A stretch of DNA of 63,964 nucleotides, counting the filler, from Stramenopiles sp. TOSAG23-3 (taxonomy: Eukaryota): the NCBI GenBank assembly GCA_900128585.1. It is 4 parts of 4 records of this genome, joined end to end, with 100 filler letters (N's around TTAATTAATTAA, not from the genome) between each part and the next. Parts side by side here need not be neighbours in the genome. Positions count along the whole stretch, not along the records: positions 29,847 to 59,509 come from LT642234.1; 3 more parts are not named here. One strand, given 5' to 3'. The notes beneath the pieces were generated by a model that saw only the letters and a list, made by a program, of their open reading frames with translations, was not told the DNA's origin and searched no databases. Both the position numbers and the translations under genes were made by a program. Shown in pieces: positions 47,489 through 57,263 of this stretch; position 1 is the stretch's first letter, and every line of letters starts with the position of its first letter.

Positions 47489-48949
47489 ATGGAGAAGGAT
47501 ACCGCCGCCGCTAACCCGTCGACTCAGGTATCATCCAAGAAACGGAAAGCAAAGGGGATTTTGCGGATGTCTGGGGAAGAGTTTGGGTCCTCGTCGGGGG
47601 AAAAGGTCTCCAAGGGAATTACTATTTCTTCCCCGGCGTCCACACCGAAGCGTCAAAAGACCAACGCCCACCTAGCGAACCGTCTGGCCACCCCCAAGCC
47701 TACCGGGAACAGCAACCTGTACAGCCCGCTCCCCATGCAGACGAGCCTCAACTTGGACGGGGAGGGGACGCAATCGAGCAGTTTGATGATCAGCACGCCA
47801 AGCGCGTCAACGTCGACGGAGGAAGACTCGGAGCAGCAGTACTACCACTACACCCACACGCCAAAGAGGCGGAAAGCCAGAAAATCGCGGCATAGCTCGG
47901 GGCGGCGGAAGAGTAGTTTCAGCAACGGGGAGAGCTCGGGGCCCAGGTCCAGGAGCGTTAGTTTTTCCGACTTTTCGGACGGGTCCGAGTCCGACCGGAG
48001 CAGGTCAAACAGTTTTGCGGGGCGGCAGCGTTTTGGCGGTGGGATACCAGAACTTTCGGCGTTTACAGCGTCGGGGTCTCCAGAAAATGTACAGAAAAGG
48101 AACTCTCAGGGGATGACGCCCTTGCTCCTTGCCTCCCGCCGCGGCGCCGTCGAAGACGTCGAGAAATTGCTGAAATTGAAGATAGGGGGGGATGTAAATT
48201 GTAGGGACGACCGGGGGTTTAACGGTTTGATGTACGCGGCCCGCGATGGCTTTACCAAAGTCGTGGAGGTGCTGATAAAGGCCGGGGGGGCGGATGCGAA
48301 CTCCGTGTCCAAGGAAGGGTTCTCTCCGCTGATGTACGCAGCCTTGTGCGGGTATCCAGAGACCTGCAAGGCGTTGCTGGCAGGGGATGCAAAGGTGAAC
48401 GCTTCCGACAGCACGGGGTTCACCAGCTTGATGGGTGCGGCCCAGAACGGGCATGCGGGAACGGTTGACATGTTGCTATCGCACGGGGCAGATCCCAACG
48501 GGGTGGATTCAAACGGGTACTCTGCGCTGGTCCACGCGTCCCTGCATGGGTGCTTCCAAGTAGTGGACCCGTTGCTGAAGCACGGTGCTCGAATAGACAT
48601 GCGGACCAAGTTTGGGTCCACGGCCCTGATGCACGCAGCGCACGGGGGAAAGGCGGCCAGCGTTGGGCGTCTTCTGAACGGCGGGGCCAATGCCAAACTA
48701 AAAGATGCCGCGGGAAACACTGCTTTGAGTCTGGCAGCCCGGTCTCTCCTGATCAACCGGACCGAAGCCTTGAAGGGAAGTTTGATCGAAACGTTGAACC
48801 TGGTCAAGCCGGTCAGCGACCCCCTGTCCCTCGATGTACGGCGCAAAATTGTGCGTATCATTCTGATGTCGTCAAACAAGAAGAAGGTACCGGTAGGAGT
48901 GACCACCATAGATGGCGGGGGAGCCGGCTCGCAGAAGAGCAGCCAGTAG
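47489..48949 (+). CDS. Ankyrin-repeat protein with a Ser/Arg-rich disordered N-terminus
   Basis: About seven ankyrin repeats (GMTPLLLAS, GFSPLMYAA, GFTSLMGAA, GSTALMHAA). First ATG is at 47489. Confidence 0.9.
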   Translation: MEKDTAAANPSTQVSSKKRKAKGILRMSGEEFGSSSGEKVSKGITISSPASTPKRQKTNAHLANRLATPKPTGNSNLYSPLPMQTSLNLDGEGTQSSSLMISTPSASTSTEEDSEQQYYHYTHTPKRRKARKSRHSSGRRKSSFSNGESSGPRSRSVSFSDFSDGSESDRSRSNSFAGRQRFGGGIPELSAFTASGSPENVQKRNSQGMTPLLLASRRGAVEDVEKLLKLKIGGDVNCRDDRGFNGLMYAARDGFTKVVEVLIKAGGADANSVSKEGFSPLMYAALCGYPETCKALLAGDAKVNASDSTGFTSLMGAAQNGHAGTVDMLLSHGADPNGVDSNGYSALVHASLHGCFQVVDPLLKHGARIDMRTKFGSTALMHAAHGGKAASVGRLLNGGANAKLKDAAGNTALSLAARSLLINRTEALKGSLIETLNLVKPVSDPLSLDVRRKIVRIILMSSNKKKVPVGVTTIDGGGAGSQKSSQ

Positions 48950-49523
48950 AAGAAAGGCCAGGGCATGCGCCTGAACTGCCGCACCCGCATGCATGGATGG
49001 CGTGTGTTATGTTTCCGGGTTTGTAGCGGCGGTTAAATTAATTTATATTAAAAAAAATTCAAATTCAGTTCAGAGGAGGAAAGAAAGAGATTTTAAAAAA
49101 ATCCAGAGCGTGCGAAGAAAAATACGAAACACTTATTAACTTCCTAAGTAACTTTACGAACTCCAAAAGCAACTAATTGTACCAAAATGCGTAAAGAGTT
49201 TTGAATATTTCGTACGTTTTAATTAAAAAAATTTATACAACACAAACGTAAAATTCTTAAGTTCTAAGAATTTCTTAAAAGTGAAAATGAGAACGGTGTA
49301 CTTCTTCGTATAACTTAACACGAATAATACACTCCAGCGGTAACGTCAACAAAAAGAAAACCTTTCGGTGGCGTCACTTACTCAAAATGTATATACATAC
49401 TCTTGTAGAAAAACACCAAGAATCTTATTTGCGTATGTTGGGATTTAGAAGCTTGTTTACAGTTTCACAACCAAGGCGCACTGCATTCTTAAATTTGCGT
49501 CTTCGCGAATTCGTAAATTCTTG

Positions 49524-52274
49524 TCAATACAGTATTCTCCTGCACTTGTCCGCCCCACAAAAGCAAGGGTGCGACTTTCCGTGAACTTGGCCCTTCGTGT
49601 ACCCATAATCCCACGTTAATTCTGACCCCGCTTTGATGTCCGTTGAAGCAAAGAATGCTAGCCTTGGGGCACGTACGTCGTGGCTGTCAACGTAGACGGA
49701 CTGCTTCTCAAGGTTCGGCTCGCAGCAGTGGTTGATAAAGCGTGCGACACCACCGTACCATTTGGCGTCAATGCAAAGCATGTCAGCGTCATCGTTCACA
49801 TCAATATCTTCAACAGCGATTTCACCAAGCTTCTTCTGGAACATTTTTCGCCAGAGTTGTGCCCCGGCTTGTTGCAGTGGCCCCCGGCGATGCAAAGGCC
49901 CCCCTTGAGGCTGCGACGCGGCTGGCGTCGAGTCTGGAGACGCTTTCGCGCTAATCTTCTCGTCGGAAGCTGCAGCTTGCTTTTTCTTCGATTCAATCTC
50001 TGCCATTAGCAAGCACCACACCGTGTCCAGGCTGAGCAAATACTCGTCCCCCATTTCCGGGCTGGCCCTTCGCTCCGCTTCCTGTTCCGAAATGATCTCG
50101 CCGACGTACTCGCATACAAAAGTTCCTGCTGGTATGTCGACAAGCGTTCGAACGCCCCAACCACAAAGCTTGGTCTTGAAAACTTCCAAAGGAAGCTGTA
50201 TGCCCCGGCCAACGACCCTGTTCTTGCACCGGCTCTTGTGGCATTTGCAACGAGAATTGCACTCGTATATAACATCACGCTGGCGAAGCAATTGGCGCCG
50301 CCGGTTGTACGCGAAGCTTCCATCGTTTGCTTTGGCGCACGCGCATTTCTCCGGGTCCCGGCAATCGTCTTCGCAATCACAGCAGCTGACAAGGTTGTCC
50401 GGGTGGTCATTGATGACAATATGGCTTTCCCCGAGCACGGACTCTTTCACGTAGTGGAACACGGGCGGGGGCTCTTTCTTCCGAAACGAGTTGCGGCAGG
50501 CTATGGGCCGGGCCTCACGACCGTTGGAGATATCAGCACACACTATGCCGTCCTTCAGTTGTTTTTTTGTGACAGGGTGGTAGAATTTTTTCCATTCCTC
50601 ACTCGGCGACGAGCTTTTGCTGTTTTCTTTTGCGCTCTTCAACATCTTTAGCACGGCGCTCGCACATCGTTGGAGCGGTTCGAGCGGGGACGGGTCGCAC
50701 AAGTAGCACGACCAGTCTTCGGCATTGCTCACGTCCGTGACCGTCTGGGCGCCGAAATTCCTATGAATGCAGTTGGTGCAAAAGACCTTTGGGCAATGGT
50801 CGCAGCCCATGATCTGCCCCCCGTCCCCACACCACCGACAGTACATTTCCACACCATCGTCAACATCGAAGCTTCCTTCGTTGTACACGTGGCGGCATTT
50901 GTTACAAAATATTACCTGAAGCTGTGGGTGGACGTGGATTTGGTTCTTTCTCTTCAGTATATCCCCGCACGACGTGCAGTGTACAATTGTCGTGGGCCAC
51001 TCGTCAGGGACCTCTTCGCTATGCTTTTCAAAAGTTTCCATCCACTGCGGTTTCTGGTAATTTACACGGCACCCAAGGCCCATGGTCCATGGCTCCATCA
51101 ACCGAAAGTTGTACGGGCGCTCTCGGGTAAAGATAGAGGTGAACTGCTTCGGGGGGGGCTCTTCGCTGTCCCGGTTGGACAGATTATTATGTACATCGGT
51201 ACCCCCCTGACTGGTCCCGGCGCGCATGGACTTCTTTTTTTGGCGCCTTTTTACTTCTTTCTTAAGCTCGAACTTTAACCACCCTCCCTTTATACTTTTG
51301 TGGCCCTCGCTTAGCAGGTGTCCTTTTAAGCCCGTGCGCGGCCCGAACGTTATCACAACTGGCACCCGAGTCTCCATGGTTGGTTCTTCTTCTGGGTAAA
51401 TGTGGCACAATAAGTCTGCAAAAAAGTCCAGGCGATCGCTACATCTCGTGCTTTCGCACAAATAGTCCACTACACATTTTATTTCATCCATGCTCCCTAT
51501 GTCCTTCGGGGGAATTGATTCCTCTTCTGCTACTACTACGTCGGTGGGCCCGGGTTTCCCGCCGCACGAAACAACCGCAGCTTTCGTTTTGATCCTTTTG
51601 CTGCGACGGGCGACGGGAGGTTCGGAGGAGGACTTGCTGGACGACCCGACGATCCCATCTTGGTCAGCCCCACCAGCTGCCGGCTTGCTATATGACAACG
51701 TTTTTCGGAGGAACACGTTGGTGTCCAACGTGCACCACTGGCGTAAAACGGCAGCGTCTACTCCCACAAACGCTGAAAACTTAGCAAAAACTGGCGGCAA
51801 ACTCCTGATTCCAAAGACACCTTTGATTATACTTTTGAATTTGAAAAATGTTGGAATGTTCATTCTAACGCGTGCTTTCAGCAGGTCGCACTTGCGGTCT
51901 ATCCTGAACTGCTCTCTATCTGCGCGGTACCCTAGCACGCTTCCTATGAACGACGAACACTTTGCCTTGCCGTACTCTTCAATGAGTGTTTTTCGAAGCG
52001 CGCCGCAGAACGCGTACGGTTCGCTGGGCAAGTTGTCTTCCTCCTCTTCGCTCGAATCGGAAGATTCGGACGATTCTTCGTCAGATGATGACGTTTCGCT
52101 GTCCTTCTCCTCTGCATCATCCCCGTCACGGTGTCGCTGTTGTCCCGCTCCTATCTCCACCGAGGGTGTTTCTTCCTGAGCCATCTTGTCATCCGCCAGG
52201 CACTTTGCGCTTTCGTCTTTGCTCACGACATCAATTTTCTCGTCTTGGCCCCGTTTTCGTTTCTTAAGCGTCAT
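49524..52274 (-). CDS. ADD-domain + pre-SET/SET/post-SET histone lysine methyltransferase (SUV39/G9a/SETDB1-type, likely H3K9)
   Basis: ADD: HCTSCG...HPQLQVIFCNKC...DGVEMYCRWCGDGGQIMGCDHCPKVFCTNCIHRNFG...WSCYLCDP. Pre-SET: DISNGRE...CCDCEDDC...IYECNSRCKC...CKNRV. SET: GWGVR, FVCEYVGE, ARFINHCCEPN, ELTWDYGY. Post-SET: CFCGADKCR. Confidence 0.93.
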   Translation of the reverse strand: MTLKKRKRGQDEKIDVVSKDESAKCLADDKMAQEETPSVEIGAGQQRHRDGDDAEEKDSETSSSDEESSESSDSSEEEEDNLPSEPYAFCGALRKTLIEEYGKAKCSSFIGSVLGYRADREQFRIDRKCDLLKARVRMNIPTFFKFKSIIKGVFGIRSLPPVFAKFSAFVGVDAAVLRQWCTLDTNVFLRKTLSYSKPAAGGADQDGIVGSSSKSSSEPPVARRSKRIKTKAAVVSCGGKPGPTDVVVAEEESIPPKDIGSMDEIKCVVDYLCESTRCSDRLDFFADLLCHIYPEEEPTMETRVPVVITFGPRTGLKGHLLSEGHKSIKGGWLKFELKKEVKRRQKKKSMRAGTSQGGTDVHNNLSNRDSEEPPPKQFTSIFTRERPYNFRLMEPWTMGLGCRVNYQKPQWMETFEKHSEEVPDEWPTTIVHCTSCGDILKRKNQIHVHPQLQVIFCNKCRHVYNEGSFDVDDGVEMYCRWCGDGGQIMGCDHCPKVFCTNCIHRNFGAQTVTDVSNAEDWSCYLCDPSPLEPLQRCASAVLKMLKSAKENSKSSSPSEEWKKFYHPVTKKQLKDGIVCADISNGREARPIACRNSFRKKEPPPVFHYVKESVLGESHIVINDHPDNLVSCCDCEDDCRDPEKCACAKANDGSFAYNRRRQLLRQRDVIYECNSRCKCHKSRCKNRVVGRGIQLPLEVFKTKLCGWGVRTLVDIPAGTFVCEYVGEIISEQEAERRASPEMGDEYLLSLDTVWCLLMAEIESKKKQAAASDEKISAKASPDSTPAASQPQGGPLHRRGPLQQAGAQLWRKMFQKKLGEIAVEDIDVNDDADMLCIDAKWYGGVARFINHCCEPNLEKQSVYVDSHDVRAPRLAFFASTDIKAGSELTWDYGYTKGQVHGKSHPCFCGADKCRRILY

Positions 52275-53539
52275 TTTCACTGAAACACCGCGACGCGAAA
52301 TCAGAAATCAGCGGGTAGAACGAAGGCCCAACCCCAAGACGTTAAAAACGCAAAGCCTTCGTATATCGAACTCGTAAAAATAATAAAACGGTTGGACGAC
52401 TTTACTACTTTTCAATTGAATCGTTCTTTGAAGCGGAATGGATTCACTTTGAATAGAAATAGAAATAGATAGAATATAAATAAAAACATTACCACTTTTG
52501 ATTTGGTTTTTTAATTTTAGAGGATCTCTTGTGTCATATTCTGTATATCAATACCGGTGGTGGATGATGGATATAATAACATATAGAGATGGTGTTTTTT
52601 TATTATTATTATTATTTTGATTGATGATGATGTGTGATTCTACTTTTACTTCTCTTTCTTCTTTCTTCTTTCTTCGTTCGATTTTATTTAAAAAAAAATA
52701 ATAATAAAAAAATATTTTTTTATTAGATTTGTTGTGATTGACACTTTTGTTGGAGGAAATGAGTCATTATTAAGGTAAATAATAATTGATAATATAATGT
52801 AAATAATAATAGTATTTTTTATACACTAGGTATATTATATAATAATAATATTTTAGTTTTTATTAATACTATAAAGATATATATACCTTAACATCGACTA
52901 AGTGCAGCTATTAATAAGTCTTCAAAGACCACCAAAATAAAAAAGACGAAATAAAGAAGAAGTTGAATGATGAATAATAAATACTACGAGGTACGAACTA
53001 ACTAAAAATAAAAAGAGAGAAAGAGAGAAGAAGAAGAGAGAAGAAGAGAAAAAGACGACACTCATTTTATAAGATGACAGATATTATAGATCGAATAGAC
53101 ACTAATTAATATAATAGCAATGATAATAATAATTCTTTTCTTCTTTTCTTCTTTTCTTCTTTTTATATAGAAATATTATAGAGAGCTTTCTTCTTCAATA
53201 TAATCCACATGTGGATAATAGATAGACGACTATTATTAAAATAATAAATAAATATATTATTATTATTATAATTAATAAAAAATGGAGAGAAGAGGATAAA
53301 TAAAATAATAATAATAAATAAATAGGAAGAAGAAGAGGACGTGGTTTTCATTTTGTTGTGCTTTAATGAACCAATTGATTGTTATGCATTTCTAACCGTC
53401 CCTCCTTGTTCATTTGAAGAATTTAACGCAAAGAAAGAGACAGGTAAATATAGCTATATATCTTAATCTAAACCTGGAGGTCCCTGTGTTCGTATAGTCG
53501 TGCCCGTATACAGCCGTGCCCTTAGTAAACGGTATCATC

Positions 53540-56500
53540 ATGGCGGACGAAGTGTCTTTCGTGGCGCCGGACAATCTGTGCGGGCAGACGTTGCTGCGGT
53601 TGGTGGCCCGGGGATCGTCGATAATGGCAGAGCTGTTCCGGCTGTCCCAAAACATCCCGCCCGCGTTTCAGCCGACGGGTGGGCGCTCGGACGAGGCGGA
53701 GCGATATGCGCCGGTCCTCTTCGATTTCCGGTACTTGAAGACGCAAGAAATTTTTGAACGCCAAGTGAACAAGAACGTCGACCTGCAAATTGTCGACGAG
53801 GAGCTCAGCGAGACTTTGGAGGACATACTGAAACGGTTCTACATTTTCTTCGAAAGTATTCACAAGTACAGGTGCGACCTTGTGAAGTACATACAGGACG
53901 TGAAGACCGGGTTCTACCTGCAGCACAGCATCGACCTGGTGCTGCTGGACAAGGACGGCCGCCAGCTCCTGTGCGAGGCCGTGTACTTGCTGGGGGCGAT
54001 CTTGCTGCTTTTGGACCTTCGCATCCCGGGGCCCATCCGAGAGAAGATCATCGTGGCCTACTACCGGTACCAGGGCGAGTCGCGAATGACCAACTTCGAG
54101 GACGTTTGCCGCCTCTGCAAGGCGACCGGGTTCATCCCGGGCGGGAAGGTGCCCTCCGGGTACCCCGAAGATTACCTGGCCCGGGTGGACATAGACGAAG
54201 ACGTCGTCGACATGGTGATCGGGAGGCTCCAAGCGGACGACATTTACCTCCAGACGCGGGCGTTCCCGTCCCCCCGCCACCGAAGCGTCGCCCTCGCGAC
54301 GCAGTCGTGCATGCTGTACACCATCCTCTACTTCACGCCCAGGACCCTCCACAAGGACCGGCACAAGATGCGCGAGATCGTCGACCGGGCCTTCAACGAC
54401 AACTGGATCATCACGACCTACATGGGGGTGACTATCGACTTGAGCATAGAGTGGGGGCGGTACAAGGCCGCGAAGGAGGCGCTGGGGAACACGACGGAGA
54501 CGGACAACGTTGAGAACGTCCAGCGGAGAAACGCGAAAGACTTCATCGGGGTGGAGGCGGAGCTGGACCAGTTTTTGATGGAAGGGGTTCTCATAGAGAC
54601 GTACGTCCTCGACCACATCAACCCGCTGCTGAACACGCTGCGGAAGGCCAACGTCTCCCTCCGCTGGCTTCTCCTGCACCGTCGGGTCGACGCGCCGTAC
54701 ACGTCCGTGTTCAGATCCGACTCGAAGCGCAAGAAGTGGAACGACATCATCGTGAGCAAGGGCATCCCGGTGGAGAAGATCATCTCCATCCTGTTCAAGA
54801 CGGCCCAGCTCGAGTTTAAGCTCAAGTCCATGCTGAATGTGATTTTAGATTCGAAGGAGCAGCGCTGGTTGGCCGCCCGGGAGCAGGTGGCCGCTCGAAT
54901 GGACGAGCTGGCCCAGTATTTCACTGGGGGCATGGCCCTGACCCGGGTGGAGAAGGATGACAACTTGCAGGCCTGGTTCACGAAGCTTGCGAGTGACGTC
55001 CGGTCGTTGGAATTCGGCCAGTCCCAGCTCGCGGGAAACGTCGCCGGGCGAAAGATTCAAAACACCATCTCCGCCCTCGAGGACGTGGAGCGCTTTGAGG
55101 AGATCGACACCTCCCTGCAGATCAAGCAGTTTCTCTTCGAAACCCGCGATTTGCTGACGCAGATGGTCCGCATAGTCAACGTTACGCCCACTGTCGTGCA
55201 GACGCTGGACACGATCTCCGACTTTTCGTACGCGTGGGAACTAATCAATGCGTACGTCCCCCAGTTTCACGCGCGGGTCCGGCGGGACCCGAAGGCCGTG
55301 ATTTTGCTGAGGGCCGTCTTCCTCAAGTTAGTCTCCATCCTCGACGTCCCCTTGACCCGCATCGTAGAATCGAGCAGCCCGGACTACGAGAGCGTCGCGG
55401 ACTACTACAGCGGGGAGCTCGTCGCGTTTGTCCGGCGGGTGCTCGACGTCATCCCCCGGTCAATTTTTCAAAATCTGTCTGACATCATTTCGATCCTGAC
55501 GAACCGGCTGCAGGCCCTTCCGCTTAAGCTGGAGACGGTCCGGCTGAAAGTGGCCTCGCAACTGGAGCAGCGGTACGAGCTGTCGCAACGAACGCACCAG
55601 ATCAGCGTTTTCTCGGAAGGCGTGCTGGCGATGGAGGAGACCAAGCTCGGCATGATAGAGGTGGACTCCCGGCAAATACTGGACGACGGGATACGGAAGG
55701 AGCTGGTGCGGCAGATTTCCAACGTGATGCACAACGGTATCCTGGCCCTCGACGTTAAAGGGAAGAAGAAGAATTCCTCCTCGCACGAAGTCGAAGCGTG
55801 GCTTCGGCGGCTGAAGCAGTCGCTGGAGGGCTTCAAGAGCGCCGTGTCCTACATCCAAGACTACATCAGCATGTACGGGATGAAGATGTGGCAGGAAGAG
55901 TTCTCTCGCATCATCAACTTTAACATCGAGCAGGAGTGCAACCGGTTCTTGAAGAAGAAAGTCGTCCCGGAGAGTAGCATATTTTGGAAGCGCGCCATAC
56001 CTATCCCCCGCCTCCTGTCCAACGACAGGGTGACGGTCAACTTCATGGGGCGCCTGGTGCGCCACTTGGAAATCTTGACCGAGTACAAATCGACGATCTA
56101 CGCCATGGAGTGCAGCGGCTGGTACGACCGAAGGGGGAACGAAGTGGCAGGGATAAAGCTGTTCTCGCTTCTTAACAGCAGCGTTGGGTCCCAGGGCCTG
56201 TACGGCATCGACCGCCTCCTGTCCTTCCAAATAGTGCACAAGCTGAAGTCGTACTTTAAATTCGTAAAGGAGGCGACGGCGAACTACGTGGACGCCTTGT
56301 CGGACCTTCGCTCAAAGCTAAAGCCCCAGCACACTTTGCCGTCGCAAAACTTGTCGGTGTACCAGCGTGGTGGGGTGGAGAAACTGTCTAAGCTCTGGCC
56401 TACGATGCTTAACTTTGTCCAGTCCATAGGTCAAGCGCAGCTCTTGCGCCGTTCGGTCGCGAACGAGCTCCAATTCTCATGCCAGCTTGATTCTAACTTG

Positions 56501-57073
56501 CTCTCCCAGGCCATCGACAACTTCAACAAGGGGCTGATGGCCGATCTGAGGCAGCACTACAAGAACCCGGACGAGAAACCCGCGCCGTCCGCTGAAAACC
56601 CGGTCTTGTTTGAATTCTCCAAATATTTGGCAGCGTCGGGGAAGCACGACCCGCTGAAGACCATATTTGTCACCTCGGAACCCATGTACTCCGTGCCGAT
56701 CACCCTCTTTCTGCTGTCCGTGTATTGCGTTCAGAACCTGGTGTACGACAAGAACCTAGTGGCCCTGATACGCCGCTCGGAGTCCCAGAAGGTAAGGATG
56801 GACGGGGCCGTCATCATCGTCGGAATATTGACGATTCTTAAGCAGTTTCATAGCGAATACATAATGGATTACATCATGTACATGGGTCAGTTCATCAGAA
56901 AATTGATGCACGTTAGCATGTCCGCCGCCCAGTCGGGAAAAATTGTAAAACCCTCTGCCGAAACGAAAGGGGCAATTGTCATGCTCGAACATTTGGTACA
57001 CTTTGGCGGGTTTTCACGATCCGTGTTGAGTGGAGCGATCCCCCCGAGTGTACTGGACCTGTTGAACCTGTAA
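53540..57073 (+). CDS. WASHC5: WASH complex subunit 5 (strumpellin)
   Basis: NLCGQTLLRLVARGSSIMAELFRLS, HRSVALATQSCMLYTILYF...MREIVDRAFNDNW, QILDDGIRKELV and MWQEEFSRIINFNIEQECNRFL; about 1180 aa. Confidence 0.96.
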   Translation: MADEVSFVAPDNLCGQTLLRLVARGSSIMAELFRLSQNIPPAFQPTGGRSDEAERYAPVLFDFRYLKTQEIFERQVNKNVDLQIVDEELSETLEDILKRFYIFFESIHKYRCDLVKYIQDVKTGFYLQHSIDLVLLDKDGRQLLCEAVYLLGAILLLLDLRIPGPIREKIIVAYYRYQGESRMTNFEDVCRLCKATGFIPGGKVPSGYPEDYLARVDIDEDVVDMVIGRLQADDIYLQTRAFPSPRHRSVALATQSCMLYTILYFTPRTLHKDRHKMREIVDRAFNDNWIITTYMGVTIDLSIEWGRYKAAKEALGNTTETDNVENVQRRNAKDFIGVEAELDQFLMEGVLIETYVLDHINPLLNTLRKANVSLRWLLLHRRVDAPYTSVFRSDSKRKKWNDIIVSKGIPVEKIISILFKTAQLEFKLKSMLNVILDSKEQRWLAAREQVAARMDELAQYFTGGMALTRVEKDDNLQAWFTKLASDVRSLEFGQSQLAGNVAGRKIQNTISALEDVERFEEIDTSLQIKQFLFETRDLLTQMVRIVNVTPTVVQTLDTISDFSYAWELINAYVPQFHARVRRDPKAVILLRAVFLKLVSILDVPLTRIVESSSPDYESVADYYSGELVAFVRRVLDVIPRSIFQNLSDIISILTNRLQALPLKLETVRLKVASQLEQRYELSQRTHQISVFSEGVLAMEETKLGMIEVDSRQILDDGIRKELVRQISNVMHNGILALDVKGKKKNSSSHEVEAWLRRLKQSLEGFKSAVSYIQDYISMYGMKMWQEEFSRIINFNIEQECNRFLKKKVVPESSIFWKRAIPIPRLLSNDRVTVNFMGRLVRHLEILTEYKSTIYAMECSGWYDRRGNEVAGIKLFSLLNSSVGSQGLYGIDRLLSFQIVHKLKSYFKFVKEATANYVDALSDLRSKLKPQHTLPSQNLSVYQRGGVEKLSKLWPTMLNFVQSIGQAQLLRRSVANELQFSCQLDSNLLSQAIDNFNKGLMADLRQHYKNPDEKPAPSAENPVLFEFSKYLAASGKHDPLKTIFVTSEPMYSVPITLFLLSVYCVQNLVYDKNLVALIRRSESQKVRMDGAVIIVGILTILKQFHSEYIMDYIMYMGQFIRKLMHVSMSAAQSGKIVKPSAETKGAIVMLEHLVHFGGFSRSVLSGAIPPSVLDLLNL

Positions 57074-57263
57074 CATTTAAGAATACGAGAAGTTAACATT
57101 ACGTACGTCTTAAAGTTATGAGTGGCATAAACGTAAATTCTTAAAACGTAAGCTTATAAATTTGTATTTGTATAAAGAGCACCATTGAATTGGCCATTCC
57201 CCAACCCCGCGCGCTCTCACTTCTCCCACCTACTGCCCCCTACAGCATTTGCACTCTCGTAGA

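Noticed and set aside
53522-56239. Long antisense/alternate-frame ORFs over strumpellin (also over the SET, ankyrin and RMD1 genes)
   Set aside because: Shadow ORFs expected from high GC3; no recognisable motifs.
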